A DNA stretch of 64,000 bases, taken from a virus. Below the pieces are notes generated by a model. The model had not been told where the DNA came from. It saw nothing but the letters and a program-made list of their open reading frames with translations, and searched no databases. The translations under genes were made by a program, and so were the position numbers. The stretch lies in IMG/VR virus record IMGVR_UViG_3300043434_000266, positions 14,991 to 78,990 of that record, one strand, 5' to 3'. Position 1 is the stretch's first letter, and each line of letters begins with the position of its first letter. Shown piece after piece: positions 55,061-63,998 of the stretch.

Positions 55061-55344
55061 AATACTTCTACAGTTAATTGTTCTTCAGATAATCTCTTTG
55101 CACGTTCAATCATATCTTCCTTACTCCCATGCTTTACAGCACATTTACCTTTATAGTGTACTATAGTAGCACACTGTTCAGCTTGTTGGAATCCATGATC
55201 ACAAAATGCAACAAGACACATGATCACGTGCTCAAAAGAGTTCACGTGATCATTATAGAGAATAATCTTACTCTCTTCATCTTGGTTTACTTCAACTTTC
55301 TCTTCTACTTCTGTTTCAGTAGTCGTCATCGTCATCGTAGTCAT
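55057..55344 (-). CDS. clpS: Clp protease adaptor ClpS (Bacteroidota type)
   Basis: IILYNDHVNSFEHVI..QAEQCATIVHYKGKCAVK. Confidence 0.88.
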   Translation of the reverse strand: MTTMTMTTTETEVEEKVEVNQDEESKIILYNDHVNSFEHVIMCLVAFCDHGFQQAEQCATIVHYKGKCAVKHGSKEDMIERAKRLSEEQLTVEVL

Positions 55345-55561
55345 AGTATTCTTCTTTTGCGCAGTCTTTACATAAAGGTGCCATAGATAATCTGTATTCT
55401 ACTTCTTCTTCTATACAGTCATCTTCACATTCTTCGTCAAGTTCTACTTGTTTATAGAGCACGTCTCGTAGTTCTTCTGAATCACAGTATCTACAAAGTT
55501 TAGACTTTTGATTCCATGGTGCTAGTGGATCATTTGCAGATCCAGGAGGTAAATTACTCAT
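55316..55561 (-). CDS. Small acidic Zn-finger protein
   Basis: LPPGSANDPLAPWNQ; CRYC..CKDC. Confidence 0.65.
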   Translation of the reverse strand: MSNLPPGSANDPLAPWNQKSKLCRYCDSEELRDVLYKQVELDEECEDDCIEEEVEYRLSMAPLCKDCAKEEYYDYDDDDDY

Positions 55562-56652
55562 GATTTCTTAACGTATTTGATTTTTGATTGATCAAAGTCT
55601 TCTAATGCTTTACACACCCATGTATAATCAACACTATCTTCGTAACACAATATGTGCACTGTAGACTTTTGATTAGGATTCAAACGTAACAAACGACCAA
55701 TACGCTGAGTACTCTTTCGTTCATTACCATATGCATGCATTATAATACCTTGTTTTAGATCTGGGATATTAACACCCTCGTTCAATTGCAATACACAAGA
55801 AAGTTTATCGATATTACCATTCTTAAAATCTTGTAGATTCTGTTCAGAATTCGGATTCTTACTGTGATAGCTATGGGTACACATACTATCCGCTTGTTCT
55901 TGTGTATTAGCAAATAAGATACACTTATCTGTAATAGACTTGAACAAATCAGTAGCATACTTGGTCTTACTAGGATAACTCATAAGCGCTTTCATACGCA
56001 TCACTCGTAATATCTGTTCTTCCTTACCATAGTTACAATTCAGTAATCGTTCTGACCAATAGTTATAATCGGACAACTCACTTGACGGAAACTGTTTACC
56101 ACTCTTGGTTTTCTTCATATAGTTCTTACGAGCATCAAGACTCAGCAAGTGCACAACTATACTATAATCATTAAGGATACCATCTTCAACAGCATGATCT
56201 GTAATGTATTCATACACTACGGGACAATACTTAGTGACCATAACACCCTTCTCTGATTTCTTTACTTTAGGAGCAGTACCAGTTAAACCTAGTATTCTAC
56301 CTTTGTATTGTGATAACCAAGGTTCATGGGTATATAACAAGTTGTGACACTCATCTAAATACACCATGTAATAATTCAAATGCTGTTTAGTCAAAGACAA
56401 GTAGGTAGTAAAGTCAATGTGATCAAGTAGATACTCAAGATTAAACTTGTGCGCTTCATCTTGCCATGACTTTAAAATTGCTAACTTTGGAGCTACAACA
56501 AGAAACTTTCTTCCTGATTTAAAGTTCTGCTCCATATGTCTAAGACCAATTAAAGTCTTACCTACACCCATACTAACCGCAGCAGTTGCGCGATTATAAT
56601 CCTGTAGTATCTCAAGTGCTTCATCTTGCACTTCTTGCTTTGATTTACTCAT
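55558..56652 (-). CDS. Superfamily 2 helicase
   Basis: GVGKT, LDECH, GLTGT, LNEGVNIP, QRIGRLLR. Confidence 0.92.
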   Translation of the reverse strand: MSKSKQEVQDEALEILQDYNRATAAVSMGVGKTLIGLRHMEQNFKSGRKFLVVAPKLAILKSWQDEAHKFNLEYLLDHIDFTTYLSLTKQHLNYYMVYLDECHNLLYTHEPWLSQYKGRILGLTGTAPKVKKSEKGVMVTKYCPVVYEYITDHAVEDGILNDYSIVVHLLSLDARKNYMKKTKSGKQFPSSELSDYNYWSERLLNCNYGKEEQILRVMRMKALMSYPSKTKYATDLFKSITDKCILFANTQEQADSMCTHSYHSKNPNSEQNLQDFKNGNIDKLSCVLQLNEGVNIPDLKQGIIMHAYGNERKSTQRIGRLLRLNPNQKSTVHILCYEDSVDYTWVCKALEDFDQSKIKYVKKS

Positions 56653-56953
56653 AACACCATACTTCTTTACATTGTTTCTCTAGCATAGTTATTACTCTAT
56701 CAAACTGTTGGTACTCTTTATTCTTACCATACATTCTATAGATATATAACTCTGCTTTAATTGGTTGTTTACTTGGTACACCCTCCGGATGATCCTGACC
56801 TGCTATGTTTATTAATCTCTTCAGCATGTTATGTGTAACATCACACTGCAAATACGCAGTATGATACATACAATCTTTAACACCATCAAAGTAAACTCGC
56901 ACATCAATACCATAACCCCAAGGATGCATCATAACATCTTTCATCTTACTCAT
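56645..56953 (-). CDS. Hypothetical protein
   Basis: Coupled ORF. Confidence 0.6.
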   Translation of the reverse strand: MSKMKDVMMHPWGYGIDVRVYFDGVKDCMYHTAYLQCDVTHNMLKRLINIAGQDHPEGVPSKQPIKAELYIYRMYGKNKEYQQFDRVITMLEKQCKEVWCYE

Positions 56954-57225
56954 AATCTTTTCTTTGGATTATAATACAGTTCTGCTTTACCTTCACTATT
57001 AATCTTAAATCTTACATAGTTTCCGCTTGCTTCTTCCCATATAGGAATATCAGAGCTATCAAGATTAACTGTGTATAAGTCTCTATGAAATCTTCCTGAA
57101 GAACTCCAGTCACTGTTTGCTAAAGTAGGATCAACATATCTACCTTCTCTAACTACAGCACTAGGTTCCATAAATTCCCATACTCTAACACCTAGTCTAC
57201 CTACGCGTCCTTTCTTTTGTCTCAT
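56950..57225 (-). CDS. Hypothetical protein
   Basis: ATGA-coupled at both ends. Confidence 0.6.
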   Translation of the reverse strand: MRQKKGRVGRLGVRVWEFMEPSAVVREGRYVDPTLANSDWSSSGRFHRDLYTVNLDSSDIPIWEEASGNYVRFKINSEGKAELYYNPKKRL

Positions 57226-57635
57226 GATTCTCTTGATTTAGATAGACCTAATAGCTTAGCATCTACATGATTAGTTTCAATCCAACCATGACATGTTCTA
57301 CATACAGCAAGGAATTGTGTATCATCTAATAATAGATTACCAACACGTCCAGCAGTATGATGTATGTCTGATGCATTGATTTGACATCCGGGAAGATGAG
57401 CTTCACAGTACGGATGATGTTGTAGATACTTGATTCTCAGTATAGAATATAAAGCTTCTAGCTTCTGTTGTTTAGAAGATCGAGGGGAGAGAGGTTTTTT
57501 ACTAGTTGGTTTAGCGCTTTTCTTACTTTTGTTTTGGCAACTCCAGCAATTCTTGCAATATCTCTCTAACCCCTCTTTCTTCCAAATGTATTCTAACTGA
57601 TTACAACCACTACACAGCTTCTTCTTCGCTTGCAT
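57222..57635 (-). CDS. HNH-type nuclease with an N-terminal Zn finger
   Basis: CSGC..CKNC; CEAHLPGC..DIHH..GR..LAVCRTCHGWI. Confidence 0.75.
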   Translation of the reverse strand: MQAKKKLCSGCNQLEYIWKKEGLERYCKNCWSCQNKSKKSAKPTSKKPLSPRSSKQQKLEALYSILRIKYLQHHPYCEAHLPGCQINASDIHHTAGRVGNLLLDDTQFLAVCRTCHGWIETNHVDAKLLGLSKSRES

Positions 57636-57825
57636 GTAACTTAACCTGACTTGTGACTAATAAGGAACCGTGTCCGTATGTACGAGCATAAGCACTATCT
57701 TCAGAGATGTCAGCAACCATGATGTCTGATTGCTTAATCAATGTAGCTAGTAATACTTTCTCTGTATCTGTTTCAGGGGTAAGGATTAGTTGTGTCTTAC
57801 CATTCACAATAAATGTTGTTTTCAT
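57610..57825 (-). CDS. Hypothetical protein
   Basis: Coupled ORF. Confidence 0.6.
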   Translation of the reverse strand: MKTTFIVNGKTQLILTPETDTEKVLLATLIKQSDIMVADISEDSAYARTYGHGSLLVTSQVKLHASEEEAV

Positions 57826-58133
57826 TCTTCTAAGTCATTAAAGATTTTACTTATTCTTTCGTACTCTTCAGGAATTGTTTCCTGAATCATTTCAATAATG
57901 GGTTCGAGTTTCTCTTGAATCTGTATACAAATCTTGAAATGAGGAGACTCTAGAAGTTCATCTAGGTCTTCCTCACTCATGTTTCTAAATACAGATATAA
58001 AACCAACTTCAGGAATCTCAAGCTCATTATACATACCTTTCTTTTCGATGATATGATTATAAGTATTGATCTTCAATTCATTTGATTTATATATGAAGAT
58101 TATCTCTTCATTCGTTAACCCGTGTAGTTCCAT
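57822..58133 (-). CDS. Hypothetical protein
   Basis: Coupled ORF. Confidence 0.65.
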   Translation of the reverse strand: MELHGLTNEEIIFIYKSNELKINTYNHIIEKKGMYNELEIPEVGFISVFRNMSEEDLDELLESPHFKICIQIQEKLEPIIEMIQETIPEEYERISKIFNDLEE

Positions 58134-58600
58134 TATTCTCCAGTTAGTTGATAGAAATTAGCAGGTAGAATCTTTTCTTGGATTAGTTTATCAACAACTT
58201 GTTGTTTACTGACACCCAATGACTTAAAATCTACTTTGCTAATGTACTGCTCATCTGTTTCAGAACCAAATTTTTCATTTAGTTCTTTAACTAGACTACT
58301 ATGGTGGAAAACCGTAGATAAAACAGCACCTAACCACTGATTACTCATCTCTTGTTTCCAGAGATTTAATACTTTTTGTGCTCGCTCGTGCACTTTCTCG
58401 ATCCTTCGTTTCTTATCCCAATGCATTTTGTCAAGCTCCTCTTTCTGATACACAGAAAGTCCAAATAGTGCACGCTTGTACAAAAAGTTTTGATAATTGT
58501 TGAATGGATCCTTCTCGAATTGAACTTTCTTAAAAGAAGTACCATACTTCTGATAAGAACTCATTCTCCCGTCGTAAACGACCTTTTGATATTTATTCAT
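58133..58600 (-). CDS. Hypothetical protein
   Basis: YQNFLYKRALFGL..ILPANFYQL. Confidence 0.7.
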   Translation of the reverse strand: MNKYQKVVYDGRMSSYQKYGTSFKKVQFEKDPFNNYQNFLYKRALFGLSVYQKEELDKMHWDKKRRIEKVHERAQKVLNLWKQEMSNQWLGAVLSTVFHHSSLVKELNEKFGSETDEQYISKVDFKSLGVSKQQVVDKLIQEKILPANFYQLTGE

Positions 58601-58626
58601 TTTATTAAGGATTTAAAAATTTACAT

Positions 58627-58657
58627 AAAAAAATAATGGGGGATTTTACTCCCCCAT
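58627..58657 (-). terminator. Rho-independent terminator-like hairpin
   Basis: ATGGGGGA-GTAAAA-TCCCCCAT then TATTTTTTT. Confidence 0.75.
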
Positions 58658-58693
58658 CAAACAAAACAAAACAAAACAACACAAACAAAAAAC
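58658..58693. repeat. (CAAAA)n low-complexity tract
   Basis: caaacaaaacaaaacaaaacaacacaaacaaaaaac. Confidence 0.75.
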
Positions 58694-58703
58694 AGACTGA
58701 AAC

Positions 58704-58985
58704 TCAGTCTTCAAAATTTAAACACATACCATCATCGAGCATATCAGGAAACTCATCAGGGAAGAACTCTTCATAGTAAGTTTCTGATTCTTCAGACTCT
58801 TCTACAACCTCTTCTTCTTCAGGTTTCTCTGTACTCTCTTTAGATATTGACGAATGTTTGAAAGGATTATGTATATGCTCCCCAGCGTTGATTGCAATAA
58901 GAAACTGCAAATCCTCTTTGGTCAAATGTAGAATGTCGTCTACGTCTAACCAAACCGTTTTACCTGTGGGAAGCTGATATAGCAT
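58704..58985 (-). CDS. Acidic hypothetical protein
   Basis: MLYQLPTGKTVWL; acidic tail. Confidence 0.7.
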   Translation of the reverse strand: MLYQLPTGKTVWLDVDDILHLTKEDLQFLIAINAGEHIHNPFKHSSISKESTEKPEEEEVVEESEESETYYEEFFPDEFPDMLDDGMCLNFED

Positions 58986-59041
58986 AATCAAAGTTAGTGA
59001 AATACCAAATAGTTGGTACTCAGAACTTTAATTAGTTTACA

Positions 59042-59236
59042 TTATATAGCTAACGCTACAATACTCAGTGCTAATGCACTCAAAGAAATAGCGTATAGGA
59101 TAGCGGTATGTTTACCTGTAAATCTCCAGATAGTCTGGGTTATATCTACAAGTTCTACTAACTGCTTACCTGTATTCTTTTTGTAAGTCTCAAAGGTGCC
59201 CATATATACGGCACGTTTATCTTGGTTCTCGTTCAT
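59042..59236 (-). CDS. Small protein with a C-terminal TM segment
   Basis: Hydrophobic C-terminus; ATGA coupling. Confidence 0.6.
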   Translation of the reverse strand: MNENQDKRAVYMGTFETYKKNTGKQLVELVDITQTIWRFTGKHTAILYAISLSALALSIVALAI

Positions 59237-59682
59237 AATAAATCATTTAAGTTTGGTCTCTCTAGACCCACGGTTCTTTCTATTTTAGTTACATCACATG
59301 ACCACTCAGTAGTACCATGTGAACCATCATTATCTACACGTTTATACTGTACTCTAATCTCATCATCAAGTTTACTGATCCTTATTATTTTACATTCTAT
59401 AAGACCATTCTCATCTATGATACCATGATTTCTCATAGCATTCTCATCATATCTGTGAGTATACAAATGTTCCTTATGTATCATAACTGTATCACCAATA
59501 ACCCACGGATGATCTTTATATACATATCCATCTAAGGATTTGAATATAACACTAGCATGATGACTATTCATCTGATCCATTATATCAGCTATCTGATCTA
59601 TATGAGCATCATCTAATTTAGTCAGATGAAACTTTAACTTCTGCTTAATGTGATCTCTAGTCACATGTACATGAAATGCCAT
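59233..59682 (-). CDS. Hypothetical protein
   Basis: 149-aa ORF. Confidence 0.65.
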   Translation of the reverse strand: MAFHVHVTRDHIKQKLKFHLTKLDDAHIDQIADIMDQMNSHHASVIFKSLDGYVYKDHPWVIGDTVMIHKEHLYTHRYDENAMRNHGIIDENGLIECKIIRISKLDDEIRVQYKRVDNDGSHGTTEWSCDVTKIERTVGLERPNLNDLL

Positions 59683-59710
59683 AGTTTTGTTATTAAATTA
59701 AATTTTTTAT

Positions 59711-59718
59711 TACCTTTG
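59711..59718 (+). promoter_or_regulatory. Bacteroidota -7 box (TACCTTTG); implies a nearly leaderless transcript
   Basis: Ends 4 nt before ATG 59723. Confidence 0.6.
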
Positions 59719-59722
59719 GTAT

Positions 59723-60730
59723 ATGGCTGCTAACACATCTAAGAAAGGAGAGATTGTAAAATCATACATGCGTAAGCATAAATTAACTCCAGTACTCACT
59801 CTTGCAAAGCTTATCTACTCTGAGAGACCTGACTACTTCACGTCTGTTGAAGACGTAAGGAGTAAGATTAAATATTATGCAGGACTCAGTGGTAAATCAC
59901 AAAAGGAAAAGATTGCTAACTCTGAGTTGTTCAGAGAAAAGACATACGTGTATAATCCTTTTGATGACATACCAAAATCATATAAAGATAAAGCAAGTGT
60001 GCTTAAACTAGGTTTAGGTTCAAGACGTATAGGAGTATTATCCGACATACACTTTCCTTACCACGATGAAGCAGCTCTTGTTGCAGCAATAGATTATCTC
60101 AAAGAATATAAACCCGACACTATTATTCTTAACGGTGACATCCTAGACTTCTATGGTCTATCATCATTTGATAAAGACCCAAGCAAACCTAAGATGCGTG
60201 AAGAATTAGAACAGGGTAGATGGTTTATCTCTGCAATGAGACAAGTATTTCCTAATGCACTTATATACTATAAGATAGGTAACCATGAGATGCGTCTTGA
60301 ACGCTGGTTAAAACTTAAAGCACCTGAGTGGTTGGGAAATGAGGAGTTCGAGATACCTATTCTCCTAAAGTTTGGGGAAAATAAAATACATCTAGTAGAA
60401 AAGTTTACAACTATCAAAGCAGGTAACCTCAATATAATCCACGGTCATGAATACAAGGGCGGAGGAACTGTAAACCCAGCACGTAACATGTACCTAAAAA
60501 CTAAATCATCTGTAATATGCGGACACTTCCATAGAAAGTCAGAGCATCTTACTAAAGATATAGATGGTACAGTACATGGATCATGGTCAACAGGATGCCT
60601 ATGTGAACTTGACGCAGAATATATGAACACCCATACAGAATGGGTACACGGTTTTGCTACAGTAGATGTAAATCTAGATGGTACATTTTCAGTAGATAAT
60701 AAGTTAATCATAGACGGTAAAGTACTATAA
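59723..60730 (+). CDS. Calcineurin-like metallophosphoesterase with an N-terminal extension, counter-oriented
   Basis: SDIH, NGDILD, GNHE, HGHE, GHFH. Confidence 0.9.
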   Translation: MAANTSKKGEIVKSYMRKHKLTPVLTLAKLIYSERPDYFTSVEDVRSKIKYYAGLSGKSQKEKIANSELFREKTYVYNPFDDIPKSYKDKASVLKLGLGSRRIGVLSDIHFPYHDEAALVAAIDYLKEYKPDTIILNGDILDFYGLSSFDKDPSKPKMREELEQGRWFISAMRQVFPNALIYYKIGNHEMRLERWLKLKAPEWLGNEEFEIPILLKFGENKIHLVEKFTTIKAGNLNIIHGHEYKGGGTVNPARNMYLKTKSSVICGHFHRKSEHLTKDIDGTVHGSWSTGCLCELDAEYMNTHTEWVHGFATVDVNLDGTFSVDNKLIIDGKVL

Positions 60731-60732
60731 TT

Positions 60733-60969
60733 ATGGCAACCTATTTAAAAGCAGGACTCTATGCTCCTCCCGGTTTTGACGAGGAGGAAGATGACTACAT
60801 TCAACCACTACTCTACATAGATGAAGAGAAGGTACAAGTAATCAATGAAGAGAATGATACTCTAATAGTACAGTTCACATATGAGGAACTTAGAGGATTG
60901 ATGGCAATCATGGCAGCTGAACAAGAGAAACAACACTTGTTTATCAAAGCATCAGCAAAGAATAATTAA
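60733..60969 (+). CDS. Small acidic protein
   Basis: Starts 2 nt after the phosphoesterase stop. Confidence 0.65.
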   Translation: MATYLKAGLYAPPGFDEEEDDYIQPLLYIDEEKVQVINEENDTLIVQFTYEELRGLMAIMAAEQEKQHLFIKASAKNN

Positions 60970-61000
60970 ACCCCCAAGATATAAATCTCAGGGGTTTAAA
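60966..61000. terminator. Bidirectional terminator-like hairpin between convergent genes
   Basis: TTAAACCCC..AGAT-ATAA-ATCT..GGGGTTTAA. Confidence 0.65.
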
Positions 61001-61876
61001 TTATAAGTCTTGCATTACTAAATCAAACAATGGTTCTGGTCGTGCATACGCAGGATGATTATTAACTACATCTAGTTTATTACCATTTTTAACTAATGCA
61101 AGTTCAGGATTAGTCTCCAACTTAAGTCGCATTATCATTTTCTTAAATGTGTTAGATAACTTCTCAATCTCTTGTTCAGGTATAGAGAAATCAATCTTCT
61201 GATCTAATGCAAGAGCCTGTTGTATTATTTCAGACAACATATAGAAATCATTTATACCACTTGACATGATCTTATCACATAATACTTTACCAGATTTAGC
61301 AACAGAGAATGCTTGTATAAAAGCACCTAATCTAGCCGTATTAATTATATGCATGTGTGCTAATAAACATACTAATTTTTCAGGTGTAACATCACTGTTC
61401 TTTAACCATGGTTTAGATTTGATAAACTCTTTGCAGAATGTAAGTACATCAGTAATCTTACCACTGAATACTTTACCAAGCATAGTAGGTGTTACTAGTC
61501 CAATGAGTACGTCATACGTACCTTCGAACCATTGCACATCCATGTGCTCAAACAGAGTCTTCATTTCATGTGCACTGAAACTATACATGTTAGAGTTATA
61601 CCATAACTTAACCTTTTTAGTTTTCTTGTCATACGTGAGACCCTTGCGGTCTTTATCACTCTGTGCCCATGCTTTACCGGTGGTACCGATTCTAACCCTA
61701 CGTACTTCACTACCTAAACATACCTTGTCATCATCAGAATACAAGTACGTATAGTTAGTATTATACCAATTCTTGTTTAAGTAATACTCCATACGCTGTC
61801 TCTCGGGTGAGAATGTAAAGAACTCTTGATGTCTCTTTAAACTCTCTTCACCATTTAAAATTACTCTGTGACTCAT
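61001..61876 (-). CDS. Hypothetical protein (weak PcfJ-like resemblance near the C-terminus)
   Basis: 291 aa; IIQQALALDQKIDFS. Confidence 0.6.
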   Translation of the reverse strand: MSHRVILNGEESLKRHQEFFTFSPERQRMEYYLNKNWYNTNYTYLYSDDDKVCLGSEVRRVRIGTTGKAWAQSDKDRKGLTYDKKTKKVKLWYNSNMYSFSAHEMKTLFEHMDVQWFEGTYDVLIGLVTPTMLGKVFSGKITDVLTFCKEFIKSKPWLKNSDVTPEKLVCLLAHMHIINTARLGAFIQAFSVAKSGKVLCDKIMSSGINDFYMLSEIIQQALALDQKIDFSIPEQEIEKLSNTFKKMIMRLKLETNPELALVKNGNKLDVVNNHPAYARPEPLFDLVMQDL

Positions 61877-61877
61877 A

Positions 61878-62201
61878 TTAAAATAGGATTTCAGGGTTAT
61901 TCTTATGTTCTACTACATCAAAGTTCCCTACAATCGCAGTAAACTGTGACAATAGAGTAACTTTCTCACCTGGATAATACTCGGGACAATATGATTTAAT
62001 AACTGTAGCATATAACTCGTCTTTGTTATCATTATAATCATACACAAATAAAAACACGGGTAGATTATCCCCTGAATAGTTAAACTTAACCATTTTAGAG
62101 TAGTAGTTGTGACAAACTGGAACTTGTTCCTTTTCCGCAGAAAGATACGACTGCTCTTTCTCAAAGTTCTCAAACAGAGAACCAAAATCTAAATCTTCCA
62201 T
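61878..62201 (-). CDS. Hypothetical protein
   Basis: 107-aa ORF in the operon. Confidence 0.6.
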   Translation of the reverse strand: MEDLDFGSLFENFEKEQSYLSAEKEQVPVCHNYYSKMVKFNYSGDNLPVFLFVYDYNDNKDELYATVIKSYCPEYYPGEKVTLLSQFTAIVGNFDVVEHKNNPEILF

Positions 62202-62203
62202 TC

Positions 62204-62296
62204 TTATAATAAGATTAATAATAAAACATACATTAAGATTGTACTCATTATCAGCACTCCCGCTAATAACCCTTGTTTAAAATCTCTTTCTTCCAT
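62204..62296 (-). CDS. 30-aa single-TM peptide (not in ORF track)
   Basis: MEERDFKQGLLAGVLIMSTILMYVLLLILL; stop 2 nt before the next ATG. Confidence 0.5.
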   Translation of the reverse strand: MEERDFKQGLLAGVLIMSTILMYVLLLILL

Positions 62297-62327
62297 TTTT
62301 AATATGGTATTAGGTTAATAATAATAA

Positions 62328-62351
62328 ATGCAGGGGATTACTCCCCCGCAT
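62328..62351 (-). terminator. Hairpin overlapping a stop codon
   Basis: ATGCGGGGGA-GTAA-TCCCCTGCAT then TTATTATT. Confidence 0.6.
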
Positions 62352-62787
62352 CTTCTTCTCCTTGAAACCAAGGTTTTCCAAAGTCTTCTTCATATGCACG
62401 ACGATTTTCTTCTTCTTCATAATCGTCCATCTGTTCCTTGTGCACTCTATATCTTTCTATAAACGTTTGCATATCATAATGCCAAACATTTGTAGGTGCT
62501 TGATAATCCCAACATTCAGAACCATCGTACTCGTAACGATCTGACCAACTACCATCAGTAAACCATATCTTACCGAATAAGTGCTGGGTACCATACCCAT
62601 TATCATATTCGAAATCTAGGTCTTGTATAAACTTGGTATGCTCTTCATCACTAAAACCTTCACGTAAGTTAAAGATTCTAATCTGTTCAGGATTCAATCC
62701 ATAACCTTCATTATCGAGCATAATAGTTACTGCTTTCACATCACCAAGATGCATAATGTGACTCAAGAATTCTGCTTGTGCATTCAT
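62338..62787 (-). CDS. Acidic hypothetical phage protein
   Basis: YDNGYGTQHLFGKIWFTDGSWSDRYEYDGSECW. Confidence 0.75.
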   Translation of the reverse strand: MNAQAEFLSHIMHLGDVKAVTIMLDNEGYGLNPEQIRIFNLREGFSDEEHTKFIQDLDFEYDNGYGTQHLFGKIWFTDGSWSDRYEYDGSECWDYQAPTNVWHYDMQTFIERYRVHKEQMDDYEEEENRRAYEEDFGKPWFQGEEDAGE

Positions 62788-62820
62788 TGCTTTATTGTTT
62801 TTGATTAGTGTTTATGATTA

Positions 62821-62953
62821 TCCCCTCTGCACTCAGTTGTAGACATAGCTCGTACGTTCGGTCCCTAGTCCAATATTAATGGGTTAAGGTTAGTATCGTT
62901 GCCGTGTTCAGATAACTACAACTGCTCACCCTTGGGAAGTGAGTTGTGGTGCA
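62821..62953 (-). ncRNA. Candidate three-way-junction RNA with a 3' pseudoknot
   Basis: TGCAC/GTGCA, CTCAC/GTGAG with loop TTCCC complementary to the 3' GGGGA, CAGTTGTAG/CTACAACTG. Confidence 0.55.
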
Positions 62954-63788
62954 TTAAATAAACAGTTTATACACTTGTTCAGGTGTAGATACAATAGCAC
63001 TAATAGTGATAATATTAAAATTACCAACTTTACCTATAGTTTCACGGATAGTACCGATCTGACTTGCGTCCAGTACTCTCTCCACTAATAGGTGGTTACA
63101 AAGTGTAACACTTATCTGCCATTACAGTGACCACAAGGAATCACTCTGCGAGCTGTATCTGTTGCTCAACAGAACCTGGGTTCTTCAATCTCAATTCTCT
63201 ATGAACCCAGGAAAGTTTAAGAGATTACTTACAAGAGGCAAGCACTCGACAGTTATTTCGTTGCTGTAACAACAAGTTATACTGACAAACTTATTTGTCT
63301 TGCTACAAATATATAGCAAAGAGAGTATGAATACCTGCATAACATAGTTCCGTTAAGATGTATGCCATGATAGATACCACTCACCGTTGTGAATGGGTTA
63401 TACAGGTATTCAATAGAGTAGTTCTAATAGAGTATATATGAGAAACTATACACTATGTTTATGGTTATACACCCTATTAGAACTTAATACGTTGAGTATC
63501 AGTCAGTTGAGTCGTCTATGACTACAGAAACGCGGGGAATCATATCCACTGGTATCTCTTCATCTATATATAGAGAGAGAAGAGAATAATCATTAGTCTG
63601 ATACAAGACTGTACGTTTGACTGTATGTATGAGATAGTAAGTAATCATATGTAATAGAGTGTAGAGTATGTTAGTATGTTATGCTATACTATAAACGGGT
63701 ACGTATTTGGCAAAATGGTGAGTGTGAGAGAGTGAGTAGCACCACACAAGGGAGGTCTACCCACTACTCAACACTTCACGCACTAATA
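62954..63788. other. Hairpin-rich non-coding region
   Basis: No ORF of 60 aa or more; at least five long inverted repeats. Confidence 0.6.
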
Positions 63789-63998
63789 CTACATAGCGTC
63801 TTCTGCGTTCTCTTCTTCAACAGTTTCAACTGCTTTCTCTACTTTAACACTACCTGTTGCGTTACTAACAGCACTCTTTCTACCGAACACACCCGCAGTA
63901 ACACCGTCAGCGATGTTAGTAGCGATAGCATTCTTGAACTGATCCAACGCACCATACTGTTTCGCGATACTACGTGCTTTGTTCATAGCACTGTTATC
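63789..63998 (-). CDS. C-terminal part of a hypothetical protein (frame open to the window end)
   Basis: No in-frame stop upstream of ATG 63986; strongly biased codons. Confidence 0.65.
   Translation of the reverse strand, partial: DNSAMNKARSIAKQYGALDQFKNAIATNIADGVTAGVFGRKSAVSNATGSVKVEKAVETVEEENAEDAM

Noticed and set aside
58658-58693. CAAAA tract as a phase-variation switch
   Set aside because: It lies between a stop codon and a terminator hairpin, not in a coding frame or an evident promoter.
29668-61754. Short + strand ORFs opposite the - strand genes (e.g. 30629, 35026, 51119, 52267, 54025, 61266)
   Set aside because: They overlap well-supported genes or RNA elements on the other strand; only the 44945, 59723 and 60733 ORFs occupy their own space.
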